Below, in pieces: positions 39,922 to 50,135 of a stretch of 64,000 nucleotides of DNA (the stretch's first letter is position 1; every line of letters starts with the position of its first letter). A model generated the notes under the pieces. The model made no database searches. It had not been told where the DNA came from and saw only the letters and a program-made list of their open reading frames with translations. A program made the translations under genes and the position numbers. The stretch spans positions 4,704,001-4,768,000 of the forward strand of contig OY764216.1 of the NCBI GenBank assembly GCA_963668315.1. Direction: 5' to 3'. The DNA is from Spirochaetia bacterium. GTDB lineage: Bacteria; Spirochaetota; Spirochaetia; DSM-2461.

Positions 39922-40859
39922 TGGAATTTGTCATTGAACTGCTTTCGGCCACTATGAGACTGGCGACTCCGATCGCTCTGGCGGCCATGGGTGCCGCTGT
40001 TTGCGAACGGTCCGGTATCGTCAATATCGCCATGGAAGGCCTGATGCTCATGGGAGCCTTTTTCGCCGCGGCGGTAGCTCTGGCCACCGGAAGCCCCTGG
40101 CTCGGACTGCTGGGCGGAGTGATATTCGGGGGGATTTTCTCCCTGCTTCATGCCTGGTCCACCGTAACGCTTCATATCAACCATACAGTATCGGGAGCCA
40201 TTATCAATATTCTGGCCGCCGGGCTGACTCGTTTTTTCATGGTGGAATTCTACGGTCACCCCGGATCTTCCGATATGGTGCAGAAAACCCTGGGTGATAT
40301 TAACTGCGCTATTCCTCTCCTCTCGAAGATTCCCGTGTTGGGACCGGTCCTATTTGACCAGAGCCCCACGGTTTATTTTATGTATTTCTTTGTCTTCTTC
40401 ACCACCTTCCTCCTGAACAAGACGAAGCTGGGACTTCATATCAGAGCGGCCGGAGAGCATCCCATGGCTCTGGAGACCCTGGGGATCTCGGTAAAGAAGA
40501 TCCGCTACATAGGCGTTCTCTACTCAGGACTCCTGTGCGGTTTCGCCGGTTCTTTTCTGGCGATTGAATACGGCCGTTTCTTCACCGAGGGAATGACGGG
40601 AGGCCGGGGTTTCATAGCCCTCGCCGCCAACGTGTCCGGCGGCTGGACTGCGGTTGGATCATTTATTGCCGCCATTTTCTTCGGCTTTATTGACGCCCTG
40701 CAGTTAAAGCTTCAGGTTATGGGGATTTTTCACATACCTCCGGAATTTTTCCATATGCTTCCCTATGCCGCAACCGTTATTGCCGTCGCCGGGCTGGTAC
40801 GCCGTTCCCGGCCGCCCGCCGATTCGGGTAATGACTTCACCATTGAGGAAGAGATGTAG
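39921..40859 (+). CDS. Nucleoside ABC transporter permease (NupC-like)
   Basis: ERSGIVNIAMEG, RAAGEHP, GRGFIALAA and LPY. Confidence 0.9.
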   Translation: MEFVIELLSATMRLATPIALAAMGAAVCERSGIVNIAMEGLMLMGAFFAAAVALATGSPWLGLLGGVIFGGIFSLLHAWSTVTLHINHTVSGAIINILAAGLTRFFMVEFYGHPGSSDMVQKTLGDINCAIPLLSKIPVLGPVLFDQSPTVYFMYFFVFFTTFLLNKTKLGLHIRAAGEHPMALETLGISVKKIRYIGVLYSGLLCGFAGSFLAIEYGRFFTEGMTGGRGFIALAANVSGGWTAVGSFIAAIFFGFIDALQLKLQVMGIFHIPPEFFHMLPYAATVIAVAGLVRRSRPPADSGNDFTIEEEM

Positions 40860-40923
40860 ATTACTCTCCGTTGGATAACGGATTGTTATATTGTTTTTTT
40901 ATTTTATCTATAAGGAGATGAAT

Positions 40924-41967
40924 ATGAAGAAAGCGATTTTATTGCTTATGGTACTGAGCCTTTCTGTAATGGGTCTGGTTGCTAACGGCGGTTCGGAAGC
41001 AGCAGCAGATACTACCCTTATCGCCGCTATGGCCACCGATGTGGGCGGTCTTGGAGACGGTTCTTTCAATGACGGTTCCTACGCCGGTCTTCAGCAGGCC
41101 GAAGCCGACGGTATCTGTGAGGCCCGTGTTGTCGAGTCCAAACAGATGACCGACTATGTTCCCAACCTGACAGGTCTGGCAGAAGATGGGGCAGATATTG
41201 TTTTCGCCGTAGGTTTTCTCATGGCCGAAGCTATTATCGAAGCCGCTGAAAACAATCCCGAAACTTACTACGCCGGTATCGACATCGGTGTTGATACTTC
41301 CACCGCTCCCTCCAACGTTCAGGGTATCCTCTTCAAAGAACAGGAAGCCGGTTACCTGGCCGGTATCGTTGCCGGTTACATGACCAAAGAGTATGCCGGT
41401 GCTTCCGACAGACTTAACGACGAAAACGTTCTGGGTGTTGTTCTTGGTATGGACATTCCTTCCGTAGAAAGATACGAAGTCGGTTTTACCGCCGGTGCCA
41501 AGTCTGTTAACCCCAGCGTAAAAGTTCTTACCGCCGTTGCCGGTGATTTTGCCGACCAGGCCAAAGGAAAAGAGCTTACTCTGGCTATGATCAACGAAGG
41601 CGCCGACATTGTTTTCCAGGTTGCCGGTCTGACCGGTATGGGTGTCATTGCCGCTGCCCAGGAAGAGGGAACTCTGGCTATCGGTGTTGATGTTGACCAG
41701 TACGCCGCCGCCCCCGAAGCTGTTCTTACTTCCGCTATGAAAGGTATCACCGCCGCTACCTATCAGACCATCAAGTCTGTGGCAGACGGAACTTTCAAAG
41801 GACCCGCCAACCTGAATTTCGGTATGGCCGAAGACGCAGTGGGAATCGCTCCTTTCCATGAGTTCGACTCCGTTGTTCCCCAGGCTGTTAAAGACGCTGT
41901 GGAAGACGCAAAAGCTGCCATCAAGAGCGGATCCATTGTTGTACCCGCCAGCAGAGCAGAGCTCTAA
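40924..41967 (+). CDS. BMP-family (PnrA-like) nucleoside-binding protein
   Basis: DVGGLGDGSFN, FKEQEAGYLAG, GADIVFQVAG, AIGVDVDQ and TSAMK. Confidence 0.92.
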   Translation: MKKAILLLMVLSLSVMGLVANGGSEAAADTTLIAAMATDVGGLGDGSFNDGSYAGLQQAEADGICEARVVESKQMTDYVPNLTGLAEDGADIVFAVGFLMAEAIIEAAENNPETYYAGIDIGVDTSTAPSNVQGILFKEQEAGYLAGIVAGYMTKEYAGASDRLNDENVLGVVLGMDIPSVERYEVGFTAGAKSVNPSVKVLTAVAGDFADQAKGKELTLAMINEGADIVFQVAGLTGMGVIAAAQEEGTLAIGVDVDQYAAAPEAVLTSAMKGITAATYQTIKSVADGTFKGPANLNFGMAEDAVGIAPFHEFDSVVPQAVKDAVEDAKAAIKSGSIVVPASRAEL

Positions 41968-41999
41968 ATCGGTATAAATCCTTCATATAAGGATAAGAG

Positions 42000-42032
42000 A
42001 CTCCCGGCAGGATATCCTCCGGGAGTTTTTTT
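42000..42032 (+). terminator. Intrinsic terminator
   Basis: ACTCCCGG-N11-CCGGGAGT followed by a T-run. Confidence 0.8.
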
Positions 42033-42119
42033 ATACCCCCTCGCCGGCGGAGATACGCCCCCTTGCCGCTCCCTTCCCGGCTTGCAAAAAAAGGATAAAA
42101 CGTTCATAGTATTCGGCGT

Positions 42120-43454
42120 ATGGGAAAAGAATTTACTTCGGTAGAAGAAGGGTTCCTCTGGATGGAATCCCTTTCCAATATGGAAAGAAATGACAGGGAC
42201 AAGAAACGAGCCTACCGCCTGGAACGGATGGTGGAGCTATGTCATCATTTTGACGACCCCCAGGACTTCTGTCCCGTCGTTCATATAGCCGGTTCCAAAG
42301 GAAAAGGGTCAACAGCGGCATTCACGGCCCACATCCTCGCTTCAGAGGGAATGAAAACCGGACTCTATACCTCTCCCCATCTGGTGAATTACCGCGAGAG
42401 AATTCGTATTATTGAAGATGGGGCCGATGATCTTTATGCCCGGGACACTCTCCTCCTCACCCTCATGAACAGGATCAGGGAAAATCTCGACATATGGGAA
42501 CTGACAGGGGGGTATCCCACCACCTTTGAGTTATTGACCCTACTGGCATTTCTTCTCTTCCGCGAGGAGAAATGTGACTATGTCGTACTGGAGACAGGCC
42601 TGGGGGGAAGACTGGACGCGACCAATGTCTGCCGTCCTTCAGTGACACTTATCACTCCGGTGGAAAAAGAGCATACTAGCTTTCTGGGCAATACCCTTGC
42701 GGAAATCGCCGGAGAGAAGGGGGGAATAATTAAAGAGGGAATTCCCCTGCTGCTGTCCCCTCAGAAGGATGAAGCCCTGGCCGTTTTATCGGAGAAAAGC
42801 AGGAAAATGAATGCCCCTCTTATTCTGTTTTCCGATCTTATTGACGGCTACCGGGTGAAGTACCTTCCCGAAGGTATCATGGATGTTAGCTATGAATGGA
42901 AAGAAAACCTTCCCTATCCGCCCCATGTGTCGCTTCCCCTCTTCGGAACGGTTCAGGCGGAGAACGCCGCCATGGCGATCGGAGCCGTAAAAACTCTTCT
43001 CCCCGGTCTCGGCAATGAGACGGTTTGTCAGGGTCTCAGGCGAACCTCTCTGCCGGGCAGATCACAAATTCTTTCACAGAATCCGTTTATCATGCTGGAC
43101 GGCTCCCATACACCCCGTTCCACCGAAGCGATAAGAGATGCCTTTCTGAAAATAACAAAAGACGCGCCCAGGCGTATCTTACTCTTCGGATGCGCCGCCG
43201 ATAAGGATGCAAAGGCTATGGCGGAAGTTCTGGCCGGTTCTTTCGATGAAATCATCATATCCCGCCCCGGCACCTTCAAGGAGAGCGATCCCGCCCAGGT
43301 GGCCCGTATTTTTTCCGAGTACGCCCCCTGCCGACTGCTGATAGATCCCGTCGATGCCGTAGAATCGGCCAGAAACGGACTGTCCGAAGGAGGAGCTCTC
43401 CTGGTAACCGGATCATTCTATCTGGCCGGGGAAGTATATAATGCCCTTTCGTAG
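42120..43454 (+). CDS. folC: Folylpolyglutamate synthase / dihydrofolate synthase
   Basis: HIAGSKGKGST, YTSPHL, ERI, ETGLGGRLDATN, EKGGIIK and TGSFYL. Confidence 0.95.
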   Translation: MGKEFTSVEEGFLWMESLSNMERNDRDKKRAYRLERMVELCHHFDDPQDFCPVVHIAGSKGKGSTAAFTAHILASEGMKTGLYTSPHLVNYRERIRIIEDGADDLYARDTLLLTLMNRIRENLDIWELTGGYPTTFELLTLLAFLLFREEKCDYVVLETGLGGRLDATNVCRPSVTLITPVEKEHTSFLGNTLAEIAGEKGGIIKEGIPLLLSPQKDEALAVLSEKSRKMNAPLILFSDLIDGYRVKYLPEGIMDVSYEWKENLPYPPHVSLPLFGTVQAENAAMAIGAVKTLLPGLGNETVCQGLRRTSLPGRSQILSQNPFIMLDGSHTPRSTEAIRDAFLKITKDAPRRILLFGCAADKDAKAMAEVLAGSFDEIIISRPGTFKESDPAQVARIFSEYAPCRLLIDPVDAVESARNGLSEGGALLVTGSFYLAGEVYNALS

Positions 43455-45630
43455 GCTCCTCCCCTTTTGGGGATTCCTATTCCTCCTCTCGGGGCTTTAT
43501 GCCCTGACGGGAGAGGATACCATCCAAGCCCACTACCCCTGTCCTGAGGGTTCGGAGAATGAATTCACCCTTATCGAATTTCTGATCGACGAGTTTTCCG
43601 CAAACGATCTGAATTATTCGGTCATCCGTTATTACGACAGGGATGACCTGCACTCTTTTTCCCGTTCACTCAGGGTGGATTATCTCCCCGAACAGCAGGA
43701 ACGTCTCTACATAGCCCTTTCATTGAACGGTTCTTCGGACTACTCCTATCTGAATACCCTTATTCTTTACAACCTGGCTCTGATACTGGGAGAGGATTCC
43801 CCGGAGAGAGGAATCACCCTGCTCTTCCTGGGCGGAGAAAGAAACAGAATTCCCGTGGGCTCCGCCGCTTTTCTGGAAGATTTCACCGGCGAGGAAACGG
43901 ATTCCCTCATCTACCTGGATCTGGATTCTTCCTCTCTACGGCTTATCAGCAGTACACGGGGCCACAACTGCCCTTTGTGGCTGCTTCGTTCCTTTTCCCA
44001 GGCCCTCGACAGGGAGGATATATCTTTCTCCCTGGACGGGATGGCCAATCTCCTTAACCGCGCCGGATTCGGAGTTATCCATCCCCTTCTTGCCCCGTGG
44101 ATGTCCAGGGACGTCCCCTCACTACTGCTTACCGGCGGAGAAGCCGGCACGAACGACAGCGCCGGCTTCTCCGCCGCCTCCATCCTGGCAAGCCTCAAGT
44201 CCTATGTAAAGAGTCCTCTTCCGAAAGAGAGGGATAACAGGGAGAAGAATTATCTCATCCTTTCCTGGCGAGGCAGCTTCTTCTTTATCGGGGAGTGGCA
44301 CTCCCTTCTCACGATAATAGCTCTGCTCAGCCTTTTTACCATAACCGTCGTTTTCCAGAGCCGGAATTTCACCTTGAATTTCCGTAAGAATAAGGGAAAC
44401 ATCTGGGTTCTAGTTCTTATTTTTTCCCTGGTCTTTGTCCTTCTCTACCTCTCTACACTCATCATGGAGGAGATCCTTCTTCAAAAGAACATAGCCGATC
44501 TCTGGACCCTTACCCCCCGGCTCGTTCTTTTCTTCAAACTGCTTCTGACCCTGCTTTTCTCTTCCTTTTTCCTGTTTATTATCCGCGGTATTCCCATACC
44601 CCGTTCGCCCCATTTCTATAGTTACGGGGCGATTCTTTTTGCCATAGCTGATCTCCTGCTCCTTTCATCCCGGGATATTACCCTCACCTACTATGCTCTC
44701 TGGCTTCTTTTATGCCTATTTCCCTTCTCTCTCACCCGCAAGATGATTTTTAAAACATTTCTGACCCTGCTGACTCCCGTCCCCATGCTCTATCTGCTGA
44801 CAACGGTGGTTCTGGCACGCTATCCCGATCTTTCCAGATATATACTGATGGACAGAATAGAGGGCAATCTGGTCATCACCGCCTTTCTCATGCCCTATAT
44901 TCTCATGCTGACCAGCCTCCATTACAGCCGGTATTACTATCACCGCGAAAGAAGGAGCTATACAGCCCTGGCCGTATTCACCCTGGTACCCGCTGCGACC
45001 ATCTATATCCTTGTCCGTATTATTCTGTACTCCCCCTTTACGGAAGAGATCAAACAGCCCTATATCCTGACGGACAGGATGGATTACGCCGCGGAGAGAC
45101 GGACCATAGAACTGACGAGTCCCCAGCAAATGGGAACGGTTGAGCTGAAATACGCCGGGCTGACCCTCCTGCTTAACAGTCTGGGCGAGGAAGCAACCAT
45201 CAATGGGAGACTAAACGATTCCTACCTGTCCTACCAGGGGGAAATAAGCTCATTCCTCAACAGAAAGAGACTCCTCTTAAGACTTCAGCCCGAAGGACGA
45301 CCGATCAGCCTGGAGGTACGCCTCTATACCGATGAGGGGCAGATAACCATATATGACTGCAACTTTCCCTATATTAACCGTTCGGACAATAGAGAAAGCC
45401 GCATCATCATAGGCAATAATCCGCTCTTCCCGCTTGATCTGGACCTGACGGTGACCCTGGAGACGAAACCGACTCTGGAGTTCATCATGACCTATGACGA
45501 TCCGCCTCTGGATCCGCCGGAGATTCTCAATAAACCGGCCGTCATTACCCACAGACTTATACTCAGAGACGAGCTGGATCTCTCTCTTGAGAAAGGGGAT
45601 TACCTTTTTCCCGAAGGGCCGAAGAAGTGA
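43441..45630 (+). CDS. Multi-pass membrane protein with a degenerate M28-peptidase-like extracytoplasmic domain
   Basis: Signal peptide; GITLLFLGGE...GS and LIYLDL resemble M28 core strands; about 8-9 TM helices follow. Confidence 0.55.
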   Translation: MPFRRLLPFWGFLFLLSGLYALTGEDTIQAHYPCPEGSENEFTLIEFLIDEFSANDLNYSVIRYYDRDDLHSFSRSLRVDYLPEQQERLYIALSLNGSSDYSYLNTLILYNLALILGEDSPERGITLLFLGGERNRIPVGSAAFLEDFTGEETDSLIYLDLDSSSLRLISSTRGHNCPLWLLRSFSQALDREDISFSLDGMANLLNRAGFGVIHPLLAPWMSRDVPSLLLTGGEAGTNDSAGFSAASILASLKSYVKSPLPKERDNREKNYLILSWRGSFFFIGEWHSLLTIIALLSLFTITVVFQSRNFTLNFRKNKGNIWVLVLIFSLVFVLLYLSTLIMEEILLQKNIADLWTLTPRLVLFFKLLLTLLFSSFFLFIIRGIPIPRSPHFYSYGAILFAIADLLLLSSRDITLTYYALWLLLCLFPFSLTRKMIFKTFLTLLTPVPMLYLLTTVVLARYPDLSRYILMDRIEGNLVITAFLMPYILMLTSLHYSRYYYHRERRSYTALAVFTLVPAATIYILVRIILYSPFTEEIKQPYILTDRMDYAAERRTIELTSPQQMGTVELKYAGLTLLLNSLGEEATINGRLNDSYLSYQGEISSFLNRKRLLLRLQPEGRPISLEVRLYTDEGQITIYDCNFPYINRSDNRESRIIIGNNPLFPLDLDLTVTLETKPTLEFIMTYDDPPLDPPEILNKPAVITHRLILRDELDLSLEKGDYLFPEGPKK

Positions 45631-47240
45631 GGTCTTTTGATTTTTTTTGTCGCCGTTTTCAGAAAAGGTTCACTCCTTTCCCTTACCTCATATAGAAAGG
45701 AGCCGGAAGGAAGCTTTTTGTTGATACGGTTCCTGATTTCTTCCAGGACAGCAATAAGACGCCCTTTAGCGCCTCCCATACCGTTCTGATTCAGATATTC
45801 GCCATTGGGATAAACATGGGCGATCAGCTTCCCCTCTTCCATCATAACCATGACCTCTTCCACAGCCGGCTCTCCGATGAGCAGGGCTTCGATGGCCTCG
45901 GGGTAAATATTCTCCCCGGAGGAGTTGACAATCACGTTCTTCGAGCGGCCTTTCAGAAAAAGGAAACCGTCCTCATCCATATAGCCCTTGTCCCCCGTTA
46001 TGAACCAGCCGTCCTCGGTGAATACGGCTTTCGTGGCGTCCGGATCCTTAAGATAGCCGGTCATGACCTGGGGGCCCCTTACTTCTATGTCACCGACTCC
46101 GTCTTCCCGGGAGATATTCACGATGCGAATCTCCGTATTGCCTATGCCATGTCCCACGGAACCGGATTTCACTTCTTCCAGGGAAGCAAAAGTTATAAGT
46201 GGTGAAGTCTCGGTCAATCCGTAGCCGAGTACATAGGGGATATGCCCCTCCTTAAGGAAAAGCTCCACTTCGGGGCTGAACGGGGCTCCTCCTATGATGA
46301 TACAGCGTATTTTTCCCCCCAGAAAGTGCAGGATCTTCCCTGCCGCCAATCGGTGGAAGATCTTTCTCGTGGGGGGAATTTTTCCGAAGAAAACGCGGGT
46401 GAAACGGTTTCTGTTCTTCACGGGCAGAATCTGCTTCTGGTAGATTTTCTCGAAAATCAGGGGGACAGCTCCCAGAATCGTCGGTTTGTTTCGCTTGAAA
46501 GCATCGGCCAGATAGGGCACGGTGGGCTTTCTTTTTAAAAAAGCGATACGCGGCCCCTTGTACATGGTGGAAAGAAAGGCCGAAGTAGAACCGAAGGTAT
46601 GTCCCACGGGAAGCAGGGAAAGGACCAGAGACTCTTCATCAAAACAGTTATCAATCAGGTCGGTCCCCTCGAAAAGGTTGGAGACGAGATTCCCGTGACT
46701 CAGGATGACCCCCTTGGAGAAACCGGTGGTACCGGAAGTATACATATACTCCGCCGGATCACACTCTTCAATTTCCACCGGGGGATTTTCCTCCATGGCA
46801 GAGATGCTTTTTCCAGATTTGAGGATTTCCCCGTTTCCCAGATTATACAGAAAATCCATCCGGTGAAACTCGTCCAGTTCCCAGGAGAGGAAACGCGGAT
46901 CGAGACAGAGACCTTTGGCTTCGGAATGGGTAAGAATATGCCTGACATCGTCCCGGGCGAAATCTTCCATTATGGGAACGGCAATGATTCCCGAAGTCAT
47001 GGCGGCCATCCACATGACAGCCCACCGGACAGAGCCGGCGGCGAGCAGCGCCAGAACGTCTCCCTTGGAAAAGCCCTGCTGCCAAAGCAGTTCACGGGCC
47101 TCTTCGACCTGACGGTAGAATTCCCCGTAGCTGATGAAGGATTCTCCTTCCATTGCCAGAAAAGGCCTCTTCTCATAGGTTAGGCAGCACTGTTTCAGAA
47201 AACGGTCCATAGTGTACCGGTCAAGGCCGAATTTACCCAT
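45600..47240 (-). CDS. Long-chain fatty acid-CoA ligase
   Basis: YTSGTTGFSKG, GYGLTETSP, WFITGD and GENIYPE. Confidence 0.9.
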   Translation of the reverse strand: MGKFGLDRYTMDRFLKQCCLTYEKRPFLAMEGESFISYGEFYRQVEEARELLWQQGFSKGDVLALLAAGSVRWAVMWMAAMTSGIIAVPIMEDFARDDVRHILTHSEAKGLCLDPRFLSWELDEFHRMDFLYNLGNGEILKSGKSISAMEENPPVEIEECDPAEYMYTSGTTGFSKGVILSHGNLVSNLFEGTDLIDNCFDEESLVLSLLPVGHTFGSTSAFLSTMYKGPRIAFLKRKPTVPYLADAFKRNKPTILGAVPLIFEKIYQKQILPVKNRNRFTRVFFGKIPPTRKIFHRLAAGKILHFLGGKIRCIIIGGAPFSPEVELFLKEGHIPYVLGYGLTETSPLITFASLEEVKSGSVGHGIGNTEIRIVNISREDGVGDIEVRGPQVMTGYLKDPDATKAVFTEDGWFITGDKGYMDEDGFLFLKGRSKNVIVNSSGENIYPEAIEALLIGEPAVEEVMVMMEEGKLIAHVYPNGEYLNQNGMGGAKGRLIAVLEEIRNRINKKLPSGSFLYEVRERSEPFLKTATKKIKRPHFFGPSGKR

Positions 47241-47284
47241 TTTTACCTCGTTATATAATAATCAATTCTTTTTTTTTGTATCTA

Positions 47285-47413
47285 TTCCCACATATAGAAA
47301 GGAAATAGATGTCTAATGATAATATCATATCCATAAATTGTCAATTTTATATTGAAAGACCACATGTAGTGTGATAAAATGCATTTAACATTGATTAACA
47401 CTTCTTATAGTGG
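47285..47413 (+). promoter_or_regulatory. nrd operon promoter with NrdR boxes
   Basis: TTGAAA (47352), 17 bp, TAAAAT with an extended TG. NrdR-like boxes: AGACCACATGTAGTGT (47357-47372), ACACTTCTTATAGTGG (47398-47413) and a weaker TTCCCACATATAGAAA (47285-47300). Confidence 0.75.
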
Positions 47414-47437
47414 CTCCAAAAATAAAGGATTTTGTCC

Positions 47438-47911
47438 ATGAAATGCCCTTTCTGCGGAAAGTTGGATGACAAAGTACTGGAATCGCGTCAGAACGGAATA
47501 GGAACGACTATCCGTAGACGAAGGGAATGCCTTTCCTGCGGTTACCGCTTTACATCCTATGAAAAAATTGAAGAAATAACCATCAAGGTTATCAAAAGGG
47601 ACGGAAGCCGGGATCCATTCGATAAGAAGAAAATAGAGCGGGGTCTGCTCAGAGCGATTGAAAAGCGCCCCGTGTCCCAGCTGGAGATCGATGACATCCT
47701 TAATGCCCTTGAGGATGAAGTCGAAATGAAATGCCGGGCGACCCATGAAATCCTGGCTTCAGAACTGGGTGACATGGTAATGGACAGGCTGTTTGATCTT
47801 GATAAGGTTGCTTATGTCCGCTTTGCTTCTGTCTATCAGAAGTTTGAGGGCGTAGAGGAATTTGTCGAGGTTATTCACAATCTATCTAAAAAAAATAACA
47901 AAAAAAAATAG
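47438..47911 (+). CDS. nrdR: Transcriptional repressor NrdR
   Basis: MKCPFCG, IRRRRECLSCGYRFTSYE, ATP cone and AYVRFASVY. Confidence 0.97.
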   Translation: MKCPFCGKLDDKVLESRQNGIGTTIRRRRECLSCGYRFTSYEKIEEITIKVIKRDGSRDPFDKKKIERGLLRAIEKRPVSQLEIDDILNALEDEVEMKCRATHEILASELGDMVMDRLFDLDKVAYVRFASVYQKFEGVEEFVEVIHNLSKKNNKKK

Positions 47912-47954
47912 AGAACAACGTAGTTGTTCATTAACATGCCTGTAAGGAGACAAC

Positions 47955-50060
47955 GTGACTAAGGGAGAAACTACGGACTGGAAACAGTTCCTTGGAGTGG
48001 AGAAGGGCTCCTCCGACCTGTCTAATTTCGCGGTTAAGCGGATTATCAAACGAGACGGGACTATAGAAAAATACAGCAGGGACAGAATAGCGGAGGCGAT
48101 AGAAAAAGCCATTACCGCCGTAGAGGATTCATCCGATGAAGAGCTGGCGACAATGCTCACCGACGCGGTGGAACAGAAACTTGTCCTTTTCATGGAAGGC
48201 CGCCATCCCAATTCCATCCCTGCCGTGGAGGAGATCCAGGATATCGTGGAAACGGTCCTGATCGAAAGCAAGAGGGTGGATCTGGCCAAAGCCTACATCC
48301 TCTACAGGGCTAAGCACGAAGCGATCAGGGATGCACAGAAGCTGATGCTCGATATTAATGAGACCATGGACGGATACCTGTCCCAGGCAGACTGGAGAGT
48401 GAATGAGAATGCGAATGTCAATTTCTCACTGGGAGGACTCATTCTCCACAATTCCGGCACGGTAACGGCCAACTACTGGCTCAGGAACATCTACTCAGCC
48501 GATGTGGCCGACGCCCATAAGTCGGGTGCCATGCATATCCATGACCTGTCCATGTTCTCCGGCTACTGCGCCGGCTGGTCCATCAGGCAGCTCATAGCAG
48601 AAGGTCTGGGCGGTGTACCCGAGAAAATCACCTCCAAGCCGGCGGCTCACCTTTCCACTCTGGTCTTTCAGATCGTCAACTTCCTGGGAATTATGCAGAA
48701 CGAATGGGCCGGAGCCCAGGCTCTTGCCAGCTTCGATACCTACCTGGCTCCCTTTGTGAAGGTGGACAATCTCTCCTTCAAGGAAGTGAAGCAGTGCATC
48801 CAGAGCTTTGTCTTCGGAGTCAACACTCCTTCGCGCTGGGGTTCTCAGGCTCCTTTTACCAACATTACCATGGACTGGACCGTTCCGGCCGACCTGGCGG
48901 AGAAAGCGGCTATCGTAGGCGGAGAGGAACAGGATTTCACCTACGGCGACTGTAAGGCCGAGATGGACATGCTCAACAAAGCCTTTATCGAGCTGATGCT
49001 TGAGGGAGACGCAAGCGGAAGAGGTTTCGCCTACCCCATCCCTACGTACAACATTACCGAGGATTTTGACTGGGAGTCACCCAATTCCCAGCTGCTCTTC
49101 GAAATGACGGCCAAATACGGTACACCCTATTTCCAGAATTTCATCAATTCCGATCTGAATCCCAGCGACGTGCGTTCCATGTGCTGCCGTCTGCAGCTGG
49201 ATAAACGGGAGCTGAGGAAACGGGGTGGCGGACTTTTCGGATCGGACGAGTTCACCGGTTCACTGGGCGTTGTCACCATCAATCTGCCCCGCATCGGTTA
49301 TCTGGCCGAGAACAAGGTGGATTTTTACGCCCGTCTGAGCCATATGATGGATCTGGCCTCCGAATCTCTGGTTGTGAAGAGAAAAGTGATCAGCCATCTT
49401 CTGGATGCGGGTCTATTCCCCTATACCAAGCGGTATCTCCAGCACTTGAACAACCACTTCTCCACCATCGGTCTCGTGGGTATGAACGAATGTCTCATCA
49501 ATTTCATTGGGAAGGACATCACCACCGAAGACGGAAGCCGTCTGGCCGAAGAGATCCTTGATTTCATGAGAAAACGGCTGGCCGATTATCAGGAGGATAC
49601 GGGCGACCTTTACAACCTGGAAGCGACTCCCGCGGAGAGTACCAGTTACCGCCTGGCCCTTCACGACAAGAAGCACTACCCGGAGATTCTTACCGCCGGC
49701 ACGGAAGACTCTCCCTACTATACCAACTCGACTCAGCTGCCCGTCAACTTCACCGAAGATCTTTTCGATGCGCTTGACCGACAGGATCCCCTGCAGACCA
49801 AGTATACGGGCGGAACCGTATTCCACGGTTTTCTCGGGGAATCCATCAAAGAGTGGAAGAGCTGTATGGAACTGGTAAAGGCCATCTGCAACAACTACCG
49901 CCTGCCCTATTTCACGATCTCCCCCACCTACTCCATCTGTCCCTGCCACGGATACCTGGAAGGGGAACACTTCAGCTGTCCCCACTGTGAAAAGGAGCTC
50001 GAGCAGGCCAGAAAGGAATTGCAGAAGCTGGAAGAGGACAGGGAAACGATCGCCGGTTAG
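47955..50060 (+). CDS. nrdD: Class III ribonucleotide reductase catalytic barrel; lacks the glycyl-radical loop
   Basis: ATP cone, HIHDL, YCAGW, SMCCRL, NLEATPAES and YYTNS. Ends after the Zn site CPCH...CPHC with no R-x-x-G-Y motif. Confidence 0.95.
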   Translation: MTKGETTDWKQFLGVEKGSSDLSNFAVKRIIKRDGTIEKYSRDRIAEAIEKAITAVEDSSDEELATMLTDAVEQKLVLFMEGRHPNSIPAVEEIQDIVETVLIESKRVDLAKAYILYRAKHEAIRDAQKLMLDINETMDGYLSQADWRVNENANVNFSLGGLILHNSGTVTANYWLRNIYSADVADAHKSGAMHIHDLSMFSGYCAGWSIRQLIAEGLGGVPEKITSKPAAHLSTLVFQIVNFLGIMQNEWAGAQALASFDTYLAPFVKVDNLSFKEVKQCIQSFVFGVNTPSRWGSQAPFTNITMDWTVPADLAEKAAIVGGEEQDFTYGDCKAEMDMLNKAFIELMLEGDASGRGFAYPIPTYNITEDFDWESPNSQLLFEMTAKYGTPYFQNFINSDLNPSDVRSMCCRLQLDKRELRKRGGGLFGSDEFTGSLGVVTINLPRIGYLAENKVDFYARLSHMMDLASESLVVKRKVISHLLDAGLFPYTKRYLQHLNNHFSTIGLVGMNECLINFIGKDITTEDGSRLAEEILDFMRKRLADYQEDTGDLYNLEATPAESTSYRLALHDKKHYPEILTAGTEDSPYYTNSTQLPVNFTEDLFDALDRQDPLQTKYTGGTVFHGFLGESIKEWKSCMELVKAICNNYRLPYFTISPTYSICPCHGYLEGEHFSCPHCEKELEQARKELQKLEEDRETIAG

Positions 50061-50135
50061 GGAATAGCCGTTTTTCGTTACACCTTTGGAAAATAATCTG
50101 CCTTGACCCGCTCAAGGCATACGAGGAGAGAGATA

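Noticed and set aside
47913..47929. Palindrome GAACAAC-GTA-GTTGTTC between nrdR and nrdD as an NrdR box
   Set aside because: It has odd (17-bp) symmetry unlike the 16-bp box and may simply be a small RNA hairpin.
50058..50135. Stop-codon read-through or a sequencing error joining the nrdD halves
   Set aside because: The halves are in the same frame, but two in-frame stops and a strong SD before 50136 indicate separate genes.
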